Part shown: one piece after another, positions 32,368-43,765 of the stretch
How positions within the stretch are numbered: the first letter of the stretch is position 1
Layout: every line of letters starts with the position of its first letter
Source of the DNA: Clostridia bacterium
GTDB taxonomy: Bacteria; Bacillota; Clostridia; JAAYHZ01
NCBI GenBank assembly: GCA_050950825.1
Contig: JBMNIH010000004.1
Span: 512,001-576,000, forward strand
Direction of reading: 5' to 3'
Length of the DNA: 64,000 nt
Notes under the pieces: model-generated
What the model was told of the DNA's origin: nothing
The model's input: only the letters and a program-made list of their open reading frames with translations
Database searches by the model: none
Position numbers and translations under genes: made by a program

Positions 32368-32943
32368 ATGATGTGTCAAAAATGCAAAGTGCGAGAAGCA
32401 ACGGTTACAATAACGAAGTTAGTACAAAACATGCAGATCACCATGCAGCTATGTCCCGAATGCTCAAAAAGCTTTACTCATGAAATCCATAAGCAGATTT
32501 CCGGAGTGAACAACCTTTTGATGAATTTGGCGGGAACAAGCGAGCTTTTGGAGCAAGGAACGGATGAAAACGGCATGGTGTGCCATCAATGCGACATGTC
32601 CTTTGCGGATTTTCGAAAAAACGGCATGGTAGGATGCGAAGAATGCTACCAAACGTTCCGTGATAGGTTTGCATCCATTTTAAAAAAATTGCATGGAAAT
32701 TATCGCCATGTCGGATTGTCCTATGAAGAAATGAAAAAGGATACTCTTCCCCGGACGGAATCGACGGAGAATAAGGGAGTACAAGCGAAAGAAAACAAAA
32801 ATGAAAACGTAGCGGAGCAAATAAAGAATTTGAAGAAGGCCTTGGAGGAAGCGGTGGCGAGGGAAGAGTACGAAGAAGCCGCCAAGATAAGGGACATGAT
32901 TCGAATCATGGAGGATGAATCTGCGGGGGGAAACGTTGAATGA
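32368..32943 (+). CDS. mcsA: McsA (Zn finger plus UVR domain)
   Basis: Four CxxC motifs, EEYEEAAKIRD and operon position. Confidence 0.88.
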   Translation: MMCQKCKVREATVTITKLVQNMQITMQLCPECSKSFTHEIHKQISGVNNLLMNLAGTSELLEQGTDENGMVCHQCDMSFADFRKNGMVGCEECYQTFRDRFASILKKLHGNYRHVGLSYEEMKKDTLPRTESTENKGVQAKENKNENVAEQIKNLKKALEEAVAREEYEEAAKIRDMIRIMEDESAGGNVE

Positions 32944-33998
32944 TTTGGTATTTGAATGAAGGCAAAGATGACGATGCGGTGATTTTCACCCGCATCAGAC
33001 TGTCTCGAAACTTAAAAGGGTATCCCTTTCCGAACCGAATGGACCGCAGCGAATCCGCGGCACTGTTAAGTCAGGTGAAAGCGGTATACGATCAAGACGA
33101 AAAATTAAAGGAACGGTACTCCTTTTATAACATAGACGAGGTTTCGGATATAAACAAAAAGCTATTGGTAGAAAAGCAGTTGATTACCCCTGAAACGGTG
33201 AACTCCGGCTTAAGCTCCGGTTTTTTACTCGATAAAAGCGAAACAGGTGCCGTTTTGATTAACGAGGAAGACCATATCCGGATTCAAGCGATCTATTGCG
33301 GTTTGGAAACCGAAGAAGCTTGGGACGACTGCTTAAGCATTGACGGACTGCTGGCAAAACGCTTGCCCTATATGTACGACAAGGAATTCGGATTTTTATC
33401 CGGTTATTTAACAACCACCGGAACCGGGCTTCAAATCACGGTGCTGATGCATCTTCCCGGAATGGTGATGACCGGCAACGTGGACAACATAACCACGGCG
33501 TGTGAAAAGCTTAATGTTTCATTAAAACCATTAACGGAATACGGAAGAAAAATCCCCGGCAACATGTTTGTACTGACGAACAAGGTGACTACCGGGGAAA
33601 CCGAAGAAAACCTTTTGACAAGTATAAAAAACGTGGCAATGCAAATTGCCGACCAAGAAAGAGCGTTAAGATTGCTGCTTTTACAGCAAAACCCGCTCAA
33701 GATGGAGGATCGAGTTTTTCGCGCCTTAGGAACGTTTATGAATGCGCGTATTTTGACCTATGAAGAATCGTTGGTATTGATGAATGATATACGGATGGGT
33801 GTTTATACCGGAATGATCCGCAATTTCGGTATCCGAACCATGAATGAAATTTTGGTATCCATTAAGCCCGGCTCGCTGCAGCAATTTAAGGAAAAACCTC
33901 TGTTGCCGGTAGAAATGGACGTTGTAAGAGCGGAGTTAATTCGAGACAAAATGGAAAAATTCTTTAGAGAGGATGGTGGATATGGAAATGTACGGTAA
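32940..33998 (+). CDS. mcsB: McsB protein-arginine kinase homologue with a divergent active site
   Basis: RIRLSRN, NEEDHIRIQ and MHLPG plus operon position; CPTN motif absent. Confidence 0.85.
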   Translation: MIWYLNEGKDDDAVIFTRIRLSRNLKGYPFPNRMDRSESAALLSQVKAVYDQDEKLKERYSFYNIDEVSDINKKLLVEKQLITPETVNSGLSSGFLLDKSETGAVLINEEDHIRIQAIYCGLETEEAWDDCLSIDGLLAKRLPYMYDKEFGFLSGYLTTTGTGLQITVLMHLPGMVMTGNVDNITTACEKLNVSLKPLTEYGRKIPGNMFVLTNKVTTGETEENLLTSIKNVAMQIADQERALRLLLLQQNPLKMEDRVFRALGTFMNARILTYEESLVLMNDIRMGVYTGMIRNFGIRTMNEILVSIKPGSLQQFKEKPLLPVEMDVVRAELIRDKMEKFFREDGGYGNVR

Positions 33999-36414
33999 TT
34001 TTTCAGAAAAAGCGGACAAAAGTATTAAGCTTTCAAATATGATTGCAACGAAATTCGGCCACGACCAAATTGCAACGGAGCATTTGCTGTACGGCTTGGT
34101 AGCCGAAGAAACCGGTTTGGCTGCAAAGGTGTTGGCCAAGCAGAATGTTACATCCCAGGCCGTTGAAGAAGGAATTAAACGTTTTGTCGGATACGGATTG
34201 AATCCCGGAAAACCGGTATCCGGATACTCTCCGCGAGCAAAGCGTATATTGGAAATGAGTTCGCGAGAAGCGAAAAAAATGAATATGGAATACATCGGCA
34301 CCGAGCATATATTATTGGCTCTGGTGAAGGAAGGAGATACGGTAGCGGTTCGAATTCTGCTGGATTTGAACGTTCAGCCGAAGATTTTGGTTAAGGATTT
34401 GATCGAAATGATGAAAAGCGGGGAAGGAGAAGGCGAGGTCAAAGAAACCAAAACCTTGGAAAAATACGGCCGCGATTTGACGAAAATGGCTAAGGAAGGC
34501 AAATTTGACCCCGTTATCGGTCGTGAAAACGAGCTTCAGAGAGTGATTCAAATCTTAAGCCGAAGAACGAAAAACAATCCTTGCTTGGTGGGAGAGCCGG
34601 GTGTAGGCAAGACCGCCATTGCCGAATTATTGGCCCAAAGAATTGCCGACGGTGATATTCCCGAAATACTGAAAGACAAAAGAGTCATATCCTTGGACCT
34701 ATCCGCCATGGTTGCCGGATCAAAATACCGTGGCGAGTTTGAAGAACGTGTTAAAAACGCCTTGGATGAAATTACTAAATCGGGAGACATCATTCTGTTC
34801 ATCGATGAAATCCACACCATCATCGGCGCGGGAGCCGCGGAAGGCTCCATCGATGCCTCCAGTATCTTAAAGCCTTCGTTGGCTCGAGGCGAAATACAGG
34901 TTGTAGGCGCAACCACGCTGGACGAATACCGAAAACATATTGAAAAGGATGCGGCATTGGAAAGAAGATTCCAACCGGTAATGGTTGGAGAACCCTCCGA
35001 GGAAGCCACTATTGCCATTTTGAAAGGATTGAGGGACCGTTACGAAGCCCATCACGGCGTAAAGATTACCGACGAAGCCATTTACGCGGCTGTTCGGCTG
35101 TCGGTTCGCTATTTAACCGACCGGTACTTGCCGGATAAGGCCATCGATTTGATCGATGAAGCCTGCTCGAAGGTCCGTCTTGCATCCTATACCACGCCTC
35201 CGGAGTTAAAGGAGCTTGAAGAAAAACTGGCCAAGCTGGAGAACCGGAAAAACGAAGCCATCAGCTGCCAAGAATACGAAAAGGCCGCTGAAATTCGAGA
35301 CAGCGAAAAGGCCTTACGCGAACAAATTGAAGTGATTCGTAACAACTGGAGAGAATCCACAAGACAGACCAACGGAACGGTGGGAGAAGAGGAAATCGCC
35401 GAATGCGTATCCCAATGGACCGGTGTTCCCGTGAGACGTTTGGACAAAGAAGAATCCAAACGATTGTTGGATTTGGAAAACATTTTGCATCAAAGAGTGG
35501 TAGGCCAAGAAGAAGCGGTAATAAGCCTGGCAAAGGCCATTCGAAGAGGAAGAACCGGATTAAAGGATCCGAAACGACCGGTGGGTTCCTTCATTTTCCT
35601 AGGTCCTACGGGTGTAGGAAAAACGGAATTAAGCAAAGCTTTGGCCGAAGCCTTGTTCGACAATGAAAACGCTATGATAAGAGTCGACATGTCCGAATAC
35701 ATGGATAAATTCAACGTGTCAAAACTGATCGGATCTCCTCCGGGATACGTAGGATACGACGAAGGGGGGCAGCTGACCGAGAAGGTAAGGACCAATCCGT
35801 ATTCGGTGGTTCTCTTCGACGAAATCGAAAAAGCGCATCCGGACGTCTTCAACGTACTGCTTCAAATATTGGACGACGGAAGGATTACGGACAGCCAAGG
35901 CCGAACCGTGGATTTCCGAAACACCGTCATCATTATGACCTCGAATGTGGGGGCTATGCAGTTGGCGGAAGAAAGACAGCTCGGATTCACGTCCCGGCAG
36001 GACAACGCCCAATCCGATTACAAGGCTTTGAAAAACAAGGTAATGTCGGAGTTGAAAAGAACCTTTAGACCGGAGTTCTTAAACAGAGTAGACGATATCA
36101 TCGTATTCCATCATTTGACCAAAGAGCATATGAATGATATCATTGAAATTATGCTAAAGGACTTGAGAAAGCGTCTGAGCAGCAAGAACATAACCTTAAG
36201 CGTGACGGATAAGGCGAAGTCATACCTCATCGAAAAGGGCTACGATAAAGCTTACGGCGCAAGACCGTTGAAGAGGGTTATTCAGAACCTTATCGAGGAC
36301 GGCTTGGCGGAAAAGATGTTGCTAAAAGAAATTTCGGACAACGACTGCGTAACAGTGGATTTGGAAGGAAACGAACTGGTATTTAGAAAGCAAAGCGTTG
36401 CAGAAAAGGTTTAA
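33982..36414 (+). CDS. clpC: ATP-dependent Clp protease ATPase ClpC
   Basis: Two AAA+ modules ([16 protein letters not shown]) and a UVR middle domain; exact start uncertain (33973, 33982 or 33988). Confidence 0.95.
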   Translation: MEMYGNFSEKADKSIKLSNMIATKFGHDQIATEHLLYGLVAEETGLAAKVLAKQNVTSQAVEEGIKRFVGYGLNPGKPVSGYSPRAKRILEMSSREAKKMNMEYIGTEHILLALVKEGDTVAVRILLDLNVQPKILVKDLIEMMKSGEGEGEVKETKTLEKYGRDLTKMAKEGKFDPVIGRENELQRVIQILSRRTKNNPCLVGEPGVGKTAIAELLAQRIADGDIPEILKDKRVISLDLSAMVAGSKYRGEFEERVKNALDEITKSGDIILFIDEIHTIIGAGAAEGSIDASSILKPSLARGEIQVVGATTLDEYRKHIEKDAALERRFQPVMVGEPSEEATIAILKGLRDRYEAHHGVKITDEAIYAAVRLSVRYLTDRYLPDKAIDLIDEACSKVRLASYTTPPELKELEEKLAKLENRKNEAISCQEYEKAAEIRDSEKALREQIEVIRNNWRESTRQTNGTVGEEEIAECVSQWTGVPVRRLDKEESKRLLDLENILHQRVVGQEEAVISLAKAIRRGRTGLKDPKRPVGSFIFLGPTGVGKTELSKALAEALFDNENAMIRVDMSEYMDKFNVSKLIGSPPGYVGYDEGGQLTEKVRTNPYSVVLFDEIEKAHPDVFNVLLQILDDGRITDSQGRTVDFRNTVIIMTSNVGAMQLAEERQLGFTSRQDNAQSDYKALKNKVMSELKRTFRPEFLNRVDDIIVFHHLTKEHMNDIIEIMLKDLRKRLSSKNITLSVTDKAKSYLIEKGYDKAYGARPLKRVIQNLIEDGLAEKMLLKEISDNDCVTVDLEGNELVFRKQSVAEKV

Positions 36415-36419
36415 CGATT

Positions 36420-37790
36420 ATGGCTAAAATTATTCATTCGTATGTGTGTTCCGAGTGCGGATACGAAACACAAAAGTGGATGGGAAGATGTCCAGGCTGC
36501 AACTCATGGAACACCTTAACGGAGGAAATCAGGACAAACGGCAAAACGGTACCCGGCTTGAAGGAAGGGGGTACCGTTCATGCCGTTAAATTGTCCGAAG
36601 TTCCGGCAGACAACGAAATACGGTACATAACTCACATTCCCGAGCTGAACAGAGTTTTAGGCGGAGGATTCGTGAAGGGATCCTTGGTCCTCATCGGAGG
36701 AGATCCCGGAATCGGAAAATCCACTCTTCTTCTTCAAATATGCGGTTCTCCCCTTATAAAAGGGCCGGTACTTTATGTGTCCGGAGAAGAATCGGCGGCC
36801 CAAATCAAGCTTCGAGCCGACCGATTAAATGTTTCAAACGACGGTATTCTTCTTTTGGCGGAAACGGATTTTAACGCCGTTTTGCCTGTGATCGAAAAAA
36901 CCGATCCTCAAATCTTGATCATTGACTCCATCCAAACCATGTACAACCCGGAAATGGGGTCCGCTCCGGGCAGCGTTTCCCAAGTTCGAGATATCACGGC
37001 CCGTCTGATGGATATCGGAAAAAAGAAAGAAATGACGGTTTTAATCGTAGGCCATGTGACGAAGGAAGGGGCCATTGCGGGACCGAGAGTTTTGGAGCAC
37101 ATGGTGGATACGGTTTTGTATTTCGAGGGAGAGCGGCATATGCAGTACCGAATCCTGAGAGCCGTAAAAAATCGTTTCGGATCCACTTATGAAATCGGAA
37201 TATTCGAAATGACGGACAAGGGTTTGACGGAAGTGGAGAACGCCTCGGCGACGATGCTGTCCGGAAGAGATCCGGATAAACCCGGTTCCGTTGTGACGTC
37301 GGCTTTGGAAGGAACGCGTCCTCTTCTTTTGGAGATCCAAGCGCTTGTCAGCAAGTCTTTTTATCCCGTGCCGAGAAGAATGGCTACAGGGTTGGACGAT
37401 AACCGTGTCAACATGCTTTTGGCGGTGGCGGAAAAATTGGCGGGACTGCCTCTTATGCAGGACGATGTCTATGTGAATATTGCCGGCGGTTTTAAGATAG
37501 GAGAGCCTGCTTGCGATACCGCCGTTATTGCGGCCATCACGTCCAGCTTGTATAACAAATGCATACCTTCCGATACGGTGGTTATGGGCGAGGTAGGCTT
37601 AACCGGAGAGGTACGCGCCATCTCCGGTATTGAAAAAAGAATCGGCGAATGCGCTCGCATCGGATTCAAAAGATGCCTTATTCCGAAATCCAACTTTGAT
37701 TTGATCGAAAATAAAAACGCATGGAAAATAAAGCTGGAAAGTGTTCCGGATGTAAGAACGTTGATTCGACTTTTATTTCAATCGAAATAG
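36420..37790 (+). CDS. radA: DNA repair protein RadA/Sms
   Basis: CSECG...CPGC, GDPGIGKST and KNRFG. Confidence 0.96.
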   Translation: MAKIIHSYVCSECGYETQKWMGRCPGCNSWNTLTEEIRTNGKTVPGLKEGGTVHAVKLSEVPADNEIRYITHIPELNRVLGGGFVKGSLVLIGGDPGIGKSTLLLQICGSPLIKGPVLYVSGEESAAQIKLRADRLNVSNDGILLLAETDFNAVLPVIEKTDPQILIIDSIQTMYNPEMGSAPGSVSQVRDITARLMDIGKKKEMTVLIVGHVTKEGAIAGPRVLEHMVDTVLYFEGERHMQYRILRAVKNRFGSTYEIGIFEMTDKGLTEVENASATMLSGRDPDKPGSVVTSALEGTRPLLLEIQALVSKSFYPVPRRMATGLDDNRVNMLLAVAEKLAGLPLMQDDVYVNIAGGFKIGEPACDTAVIAAITSSLYNKCIPSDTVVMGEVGLTGEVRAISGIEKRIGECARIGFKRCLIPKSNFDLIENKNAWKIKLESVPDVRTLIRLLFQSK

Positions 37791-38207
37791 CTAACGAAGA
37801 CTGTAATAACCTAAGGTCTCAATCCGTTTGCTTTCTTTAAGCATGATATCGTAAAGGTTCAAATCCAAAATGCTGCATAAAGACGTCAAGTAAAAAAGAT
37901 TGGTACCCATTTCTCTTTCTATATTCTCTGCACATTTTTCGCATAATTTGCCCTCAATGTGGGTTTTGGACAAGGCGGCCATCTCAAAAAGAGTCGTACC
38001 CTTGGAATAGTCTTGCTTTGATGTATTGATTTTAATACATCCGCATGAGGTAGCCGCTTTTGCAATGTTATTGCAAACGGAAGCATTGGTTTGCTGGAAT
38101 TTGGTGAGCGCATCTATAATGCTTTTATTTCGAAATAGCGTATCACTGACGAGAAGCTGAAAATCGTCGGCTGTAAATCCATAAGATGCAAGTTTTTTCA
38201 TAGTCAT
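37791..38207 (-). CDS. Conserved clostridial hypothetical protein (possibly MazG-like helical fold)
   Basis: KSIIDALTKFQ, CGCI, LCEKC and E.G..LFY; convergent with radA. Confidence 0.6.
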   Translation of the reverse strand: MTMKKLASYGFTADDFQLLVSDTLFRNKSIIDALTKFQQTNASVCNNIAKAATSCGCIKINTSKQDYSKGTTLFEMAALSKTHIEGKLCEKCAENIEREMGTNLFYLTSLCSILDLNLYDIMLKESKRIETLGYYSLR

Positions 38208-38435
38208 ACTCCTTTTTATATTGCCTAACTCTATTATATCAATCATAACATTAAAGTCAATAACATAAATAAAAAGGAAATAATACCATTTACCCTATGG
38301 TTTCCATGAGCAGCCGAATCGGTATTTCCCGGTCTTTCATGTTCTTTTCAATAAAAAAAGCCCGTCGCCGCCCTTTTGTCGGCGGCATTGAGCTTTTTTA
38401 AAGAATCGAAAGGAGGTTGAACTTAGCAATTTTTA

Positions 38436-39872
38436 TCATCTTTGCGATGATTTTTTTGTTTTCCCTTTTTTGAAAATGAAATCTCGAAAGCAAATAATAT
38501 TTATGATAACAAACATAACCGTTAAAATGATAAGGGTGATCCATGCATGGTTTCGGCTTTGAGGCGCTACGGCCAACAGAAGAAGCAGCGGGAATCCGAA
38601 TACGATAGCCCACAGCTGTTGGAATACCAAGTTGGTTGCGGCGGGAGTTTCGAATCTCGGGTCGATTTCACGCAAGAGGATAATTCCCGTGCTTGCGGTA
38701 CCGGTCAGCATTCCGTACATGGTCAACCAAGCTTCGTCCGCATAATGGGGGAACAGCTTTTTGCAGACGATACTCATGTGAATGTAGGTGATTACCCCTG
38801 CTATAATACAGATTAAGGACAGAGGGACGATAAACTCTTTGATCTTAAAGGCCGAAAGGTCGATGGCGGCAATGGAAGCTACCACCATCATGTCGAACAT
38901 GAATCCGGCGATTCTCGACTGCATAAAGTCGTTTCGGTATTCTCGCTGCATCAAGCCGCTTTTTTGCAGTCCTTTTAATATGAGCTTCAGAACAATGGCA
39001 AAAACCGTACCGAACAGGAAGTTAAAGCCCCATATTAAAGGCTGCACCGTTTTGTAGCCGAAGTCTCCCAGCCACCCGGCTTCCACCATGGCGTTAATCC
39101 CCGCCATAAAACCGTATGCCATGATGTATCCGATGAATACGAGAGCGATTTGGACCGTCATTTTGTCCATGGATTCCGACAGCGGAATTTCGTTGTGGCC
39201 GGTGATAATCTCCGCGGTGAGGTTTTCATCTTTAATGTTTTGCCCCATATCACCGTGATAACGACCCTTTCTCTTCAAAATGTTTAAATAAATGACACCG
39301 CCGATACTTGCCGATACGAATCCCATGGCCGCAACGGCCAAGCCAAAGCTGGTACCGTTTTCGAATCCGTAGTTTACTTCATAATTATGCCCCCAGTTGT
39401 ATGCTTGCCCGGGACCTTGTCCGTATCCCATGGGAGTCAGTAAGCCTGCGGCGAAAAAGTTATTCATAACGTAGGATAAACCGATTGTGATAGCCAAACC
39501 GATGATGCCTTGGAGAAGATAAGACGAAACGGTGGTCAAACCGGTATTGAAAATGTCTTTTTGCCTGTTCTTATCCTTTTGCTTTCCGACGGATTTCATG
39601 GACATGGCTACGAACCCGAGTCCAAGACCATGATACGTAAGCGCCTCCAGCGTCGAGGTGAGAAACATCGAAGACCCCGTGATTTTTTTGAATATGAAAT
39701 CCACAAACAAAATCAAAAATCCACCTAAAACCGAGCTGGGTATCATCAGTTGGCGAAGGGGTTTAATTAATTGCCTTAAAGTATTGGCCAATATCATACC
39801 GACGAGCAAAATAGTGATGGTAATTACAAACGACCATATTTCGGCATCCCAAAAGTTTAATCCTGAAACCAT
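38436..39872 (-). CDS. Sodium:glutamate symporter-like (GltS/ESS family) transporter
   Basis: Multi-TM; IPSSVLGG, GYGQGPGQA and YGMLTGT. Confidence 0.8.
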   Translation of the reverse strand: MVSGLNFWDAEIWSFVITITILLVGMILANTLRQLIKPLRQLMIPSSVLGGFLILFVDFIFKKITGSSMFLTSTLEALTYHGLGLGFVAMSMKSVGKQKDKNRQKDIFNTGLTTVSSYLLQGIIGLAITIGLSYVMNNFFAAGLLTPMGYGQGPGQAYNWGHNYEVNYGFENGTSFGLAVAAMGFVSASIGGVIYLNILKRKGRYHGDMGQNIKDENLTAEIITGHNEIPLSESMDKMTVQIALVFIGYIMAYGFMAGINAMVEAGWLGDFGYKTVQPLIWGFNFLFGTVFAIVLKLILKGLQKSGLMQREYRNDFMQSRIAGFMFDMMVVASIAAIDLSAFKIKEFIVPLSLICIIAGVITYIHMSIVCKKLFPHYADEAWLTMYGMLTGTASTGIILLREIDPRFETPAATNLVFQQLWAIVFGFPLLLLLAVAPQSRNHAWITLIILTVMFVIINIICFRDFIFKKGKTKKSSQR

Positions 39873-40040
39873 AATTTGCACAATTCCTTCCAAGTCATAG
39901 TACTTTGTTATAGAACTCAACAACAAGTCTATTCTATACTATATCGTTCCGCCGTCAATAGTCAAACCCTTTTTAACCGTTGCAATTTTTTATTCTTCAC
40001 TGTATGGTATAGGTTATAGAAACCATATCGGAGGAGCAGT

Positions 40041-40793
40041 ATGAATGCCTGTGTCGTACAAAGAGATATAACGGAAGGTTTAAAAAGATTGGGTTTAAAT
40101 AAAGGGGATACGGTGATGATCCACAGCAGTTTATCTTCCTTTGGCAGGGTAGAAGGCGGTGCGAAGACTGTTGTAGACGCTTTGTTGGATGTGCTCGGAA
40201 ATGAGGGTACTTTGGTAGTACCGACTTTTTCGAAATATTTGTTAGGAGATGAAAAAGTATGGGACAGGGAAAAAACCCCCTCTCTTATGGGAATTATATC
40301 CGAAACCGTACGCTTACGACCGGATGCCGTAAGGAGCAGCCATGCAGCCCATCCTATATCGGCGGTGGGACCTATGGCGGATTTTCTTTGCAGGGAACCG
40401 TACAAAACGGGATTCGGTGCCGACAGTCCTTTTAAAAAGCTGGTAGATTTGAATGCTTGGATCCTTCTGATAGGTGTCGATTACAACCGATGCACGATCA
40501 TTCATCTTTTGGAGGCGGAAGCAAATGTACCGTACCGCTTTCTTGAAGAGCGAAAGGCTACCGTCATTATAGACGGTGTGGAAAATCCGAAGGGCTCCGC
40601 ATGGGAATATACCCGAAAAGACGGTATCGTAAACGACTTTCTGACATTCGGAAAAGAAATGGAGGAAAAAGGATTCGTTCGAATCGAAAAAATCGGAAAC
40701 AGTATCCTCCGGATGTTTAAAGCAAAAGACATGTATTGCTTGGGCATGGAAAAACTAAAGGAAGACCCGTATTACTTGGTGAAGAATAAATGA
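40041..40793 (+). CDS. AAC(3)/YokD-family N-acetyltransferase
   Basis: HSSLSSFG.VEGG, GTLVVPTF, RSSH..H and T.IH..E. Confidence 0.85.
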   Translation: MNACVVQRDITEGLKRLGLNKGDTVMIHSSLSSFGRVEGGAKTVVDALLDVLGNEGTLVVPTFSKYLLGDEKVWDREKTPSLMGIISETVRLRPDAVRSSHAAHPISAVGPMADFLCREPYKTGFGADSPFKKLVDLNAWILLIGVDYNRCTIIHLLEAEANVPYRFLEERKATVIIDGVENPKGSAWEYTRKDGIVNDFLTFGKEMEEKGFVRIEKIGNSILRMFKAKDMYCLGMEKLKEDPYYLVKNK

Positions 40794-40975
40794 AGCTTCG
40801 GGGAGCTTGCCGTAATATCTTTTTGCCGAAGGGATATTGATTGATATATGGTAATTTTGATGTATAATATTACTAGTCCATTCAATCGAAGGAATCGATC
40901 GGATGAACAAAACAAATGTAAAGGCCGTTAAAAAGAGTACGTAAGAACGACCTTATGGAAAAGGAGTGTATGTAA

Positions 40976-41686
40976 GTGAACATTATTACCGTAAAAGACT
41001 ATGATACCATGAGTAAAATGGCAGCCGGTATCATAGCAGCGCAAATTAACACGAAACCCGACACGGTATTGGGTTTGGCAACCGGATCTTCTCCCTTAGG
41101 TACGTATAGAAACCTTATCGAGATGAATCAAAACGGTCTTGTGGACTTCTCAAAAGTCGTTACCTTTAACTTGGACGAGTACTGCGGACTGAGCCGCGAG
41201 AATCCCCAAAGCTATTATTACTTCATGATGGAGAACCTGTTTAAGCATGTGAATATACCGAAAGAAAATATTCACATTCCAAACGGTCTCGCAAAAGATA
41301 CGGATGAAGAATGTAAGAATTACGAACTTCAAATAAAGAAAGCAAACGGGGTCGATCTTCAGCTCTTAGGAATCGGCTTCAACGGTCATATCGGCTTTAA
41401 CGAGCCGGACGACGTGTTCCATAATTTCACAAGAAGAGTAAAATTGACCCAATCTACCATCGAAGCCAACAAGCGCTTTTTTGAAAGTGCGGACGATGTG
41501 CCGAGATACGCCATAAGCATGGGAATTAAAACCATTATGTCCGCTCGAAAGATTATATTGGTTGCAGGTCCCGAAAAACGCGAAATCATTGATAAATTAA
41601 GAGAAGAAGTTTGTACCCCTCAAGTACCGGCTTCCATTTTACACTATCATCCGGACTGTACCGTTTTTTGGGCGGAAAAAGAATAA
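40976..41686 (+). CDS. nagB: Glucosamine-6-phosphate deaminase
   Basis: LGLATGSSP, FNLDEY and GIGFNGHIGFNEP. Confidence 0.95.
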   Translation: MNIITVKDYDTMSKMAAGIIAAQINTKPDTVLGLATGSSPLGTYRNLIEMNQNGLVDFSKVVTFNLDEYCGLSRENPQSYYYFMMENLFKHVNIPKENIHIPNGLAKDTDEECKNYELQIKKANGVDLQLLGIGFNGHIGFNEPDDVFHNFTRRVKLTQSTIEANKRFFESADDVPRYAISMGIKTIMSARKIILVAGPEKREIIDKLREEVCTPQVPASILHYHPDCTVFWAEKE

Positions 41687-41769
41687 AGAACATAGCGCCT
41701 TTCCTTCCTTTCCGATAAAAGGAAGGAAAGGTGTTGTTGTTAACAATACGACGCTTCGGAGGTGTTTTT

Positions 41770-42726
41770 TTGAAAAAGCTCGGTAATATATTCAAAAAGT
41801 CTTTGATGTACCTTCTTCTGACCGTCGTTTTTGTGACAGCCGTCGGGGCCGTTTATTATTTTTGCCTAAACACCAAAAGCGCGAAAGCATACTTGGAACA
41901 AAGGCATTTAAACGTTCCATACAAAGAAACGGAAACCGGACAGCTAAAATTGGACATTTACATGCCTAAAAGAAAATTATTTACAAAAACTCCGGTTTTG
42001 GTCTATTTCCACGGCGGCAGTTGGAAAAGCGGAAGCAAGAACTTAAAAGAAAAAGACCTCGAGCTTTTCAATATTTTCTTCGAAGCAGGCTTTGCTCTTG
42101 TAAGTGCGGATTATCGATTGACAAGCGAAGTAAACAAGTTTCCCGTTCATGCGGATGACGGTGCCGATGCCGTCCGATGGGTTATAAAAAATGCGGAGAC
42201 CTACGGCTTCGATAAAAACAAAGTCAATCTTATCGGAGCTTCCGCAGGAGGACATATGGTCCTTCTAATAGGTATGGCCGGTGATCGGTTCGGCGACAAT
42301 ACAGCGGGAAACAAGGATTTTCAAATTCGAAGTATTATCGACTTATGCGGGCCGAAGGACCTTACCGATTTAAGCGATTATACCCCCGATGAACTGCCCG
42401 AGATTGAAGATTTGCTTGTCGAATTCTTAGGCGGTACATACGAGGAGAAGAAAGATCTTTACGAGCTGGCGTCTCCCATCTATCACGTCCGCAAAGACGT
42501 ACCGCCCATATTTATGGCTCACGGACGTAATGACGAAATGGTTCCTTTCCCTCAAGCGGAGAAATTTTTCCAAAAGGCAAAATCGGCGAATGCGAAAGTC
42601 AAATTCGTACCTGTAGACAATGCGAACCACTATTTTCAAGCACCGGAAAATGAAACGACGAACCCTCCGATATGGAAGGTGTTCTTAAAGATGGCTTTGT
42701 TTTTGCTCAAGAATAATATATTTTAA
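41770..42726 (+). CDS. Alpha/beta hydrolase (HSL-like esterase) with N-terminal anchor, copy 1
   Basis: HGGSW, GASAGG, HGRNDEMVP and NANH. Confidence 0.85.
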   Translation: MKKLGNIFKKSLMYLLLTVVFVTAVGAVYYFCLNTKSAKAYLEQRHLNVPYKETETGQLKLDIYMPKRKLFTKTPVLVYFHGGSWKSGSKNLKEKDLELFNIFFEAGFALVSADYRLTSEVNKFPVHADDGADAVRWVIKNAETYGFDKNKVNLIGASAGGHMVLLIGMAGDRFGDNTAGNKDFQIRSIIDLCGPKDLTDLSDYTPDELPEIEDLLVEFLGGTYEEKKDLYELASPIYHVRKDVPPIFMAHGRNDEMVPFPQAEKFFQKAKSANAKVKFVPVDNANHYFQAPENETTNPPIWKVFLKMALFLLKNNIF

Positions 42727-42760
42727 AGGATACGGAATAGAAAATTCGGGGATATCCGAG

Positions 42761-43714
42761 GTGATTTTATTGAAACCGGTAAAAATAATTCTTAAGTTTT
42801 TATTAATCCTATCGACAAGCGTCATTATTTTGGCCGCGGTGTTGGCGATATATTATGCTTCCATCAACACCAAAAGCGCGAAAGTGTATTTGGACCAAAG
42901 GCATAAGAACATCACGTACAAGGAAACCGAAACGGGAAAGCTGAAATTGGACATCTATATGCCCAAAAGAAAGCTGTTTGCCAAAATTCCTGTTCTTGTA
43001 TATTTCCATGGAGGCGGTTGGGACAGCGGAAGTAAGAATATATCCGGGAAGGAATTGGAGATTGTAAACGGTATTCTTGAAGCCGGTTTTGCCGTTGTCA
43101 GCGTAGACTACCGATTAACAAGCGATACCAATAAGTTTCCCGTTCACCATAGCGACGGCGCCGACGCCATAAGATGGATTATTAAAAATGCCGACACTTA
43201 CGGGTTTAATAAGAATAAGATAAACCTTATCGGCGCTTCCGCCGGCGGACATATGGCGCTGTTATTGGGTATTGCAGGCAATCAATTCGGCGACGACACC
43301 TCGGATTTTCGCATTCGGAGCATTATCGATCTGTGCGGACCGACGGACCTTGCCGATTTGAGCGATTATACGCCGTCCGGACGGGAGTGGATGGAAGGTG
43401 TACTTTATAATTTTATCGGCGGTACCTATGAAGAGAAGAAAGAAGCTTACGAATTTGCTTCTCCCATAAACCATATTCGTAAAGATATGCCGCCCATATT
43501 CATGACCCACGGAATGAAAGACGATTTGATTCCTTTTGCACAAGCGGAAAAGTTCTATAATAAAGCGTTATCGGCCAAAGCAAAAGTAACATTTGTACCG
43601 GTAAAGAACGGGAATCACTACTTTGACGCTCCTAAAAACGAAGAATTGGATCCGCCCGTTATTAAAATCGCCATTAAAATGCTTGTTTTTCTGCTAAAAC
43701 ATAATCTATTCTAG
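42761..43714 (+). CDS. Alpha/beta hydrolase (HSL-like esterase), tandem paralogue copy 2
   Basis: HGGGW, GASAGG and HGMKDDLIP; collinear with copy 1. Confidence 0.85.
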   Translation: MILLKPVKIILKFLLILSTSVIILAAVLAIYYASINTKSAKVYLDQRHKNITYKETETGKLKLDIYMPKRKLFAKIPVLVYFHGGGWDSGSKNISGKELEIVNGILEAGFAVVSVDYRLTSDTNKFPVHHSDGADAIRWIIKNADTYGFNKNKINLIGASAGGHMALLLGIAGNQFGDDTSDFRIRSIIDLCGPTDLADLSDYTPSGREWMEGVLYNFIGGTYEEKKEAYEFASPINHIRKDMPPIFMTHGMKDDLIPFAQAEKFYNKALSAKAKVTFVPVKNGNHYFDAPKNEELDPPVIKIAIKMLVFLLKHNLF

Positions 43715-43765
43715 AATGAATATTCGAATGCTTGAGAAAATAGGGGAAGGCGGGAAAAAAATATC

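Noticed and set aside
40041-40793. Aminoglycoside resistance gene
   Set aside because: Chromosomal YokD-like AAC(3) homologues are widespread; there is no mobile context and the substrate cannot be inferred.
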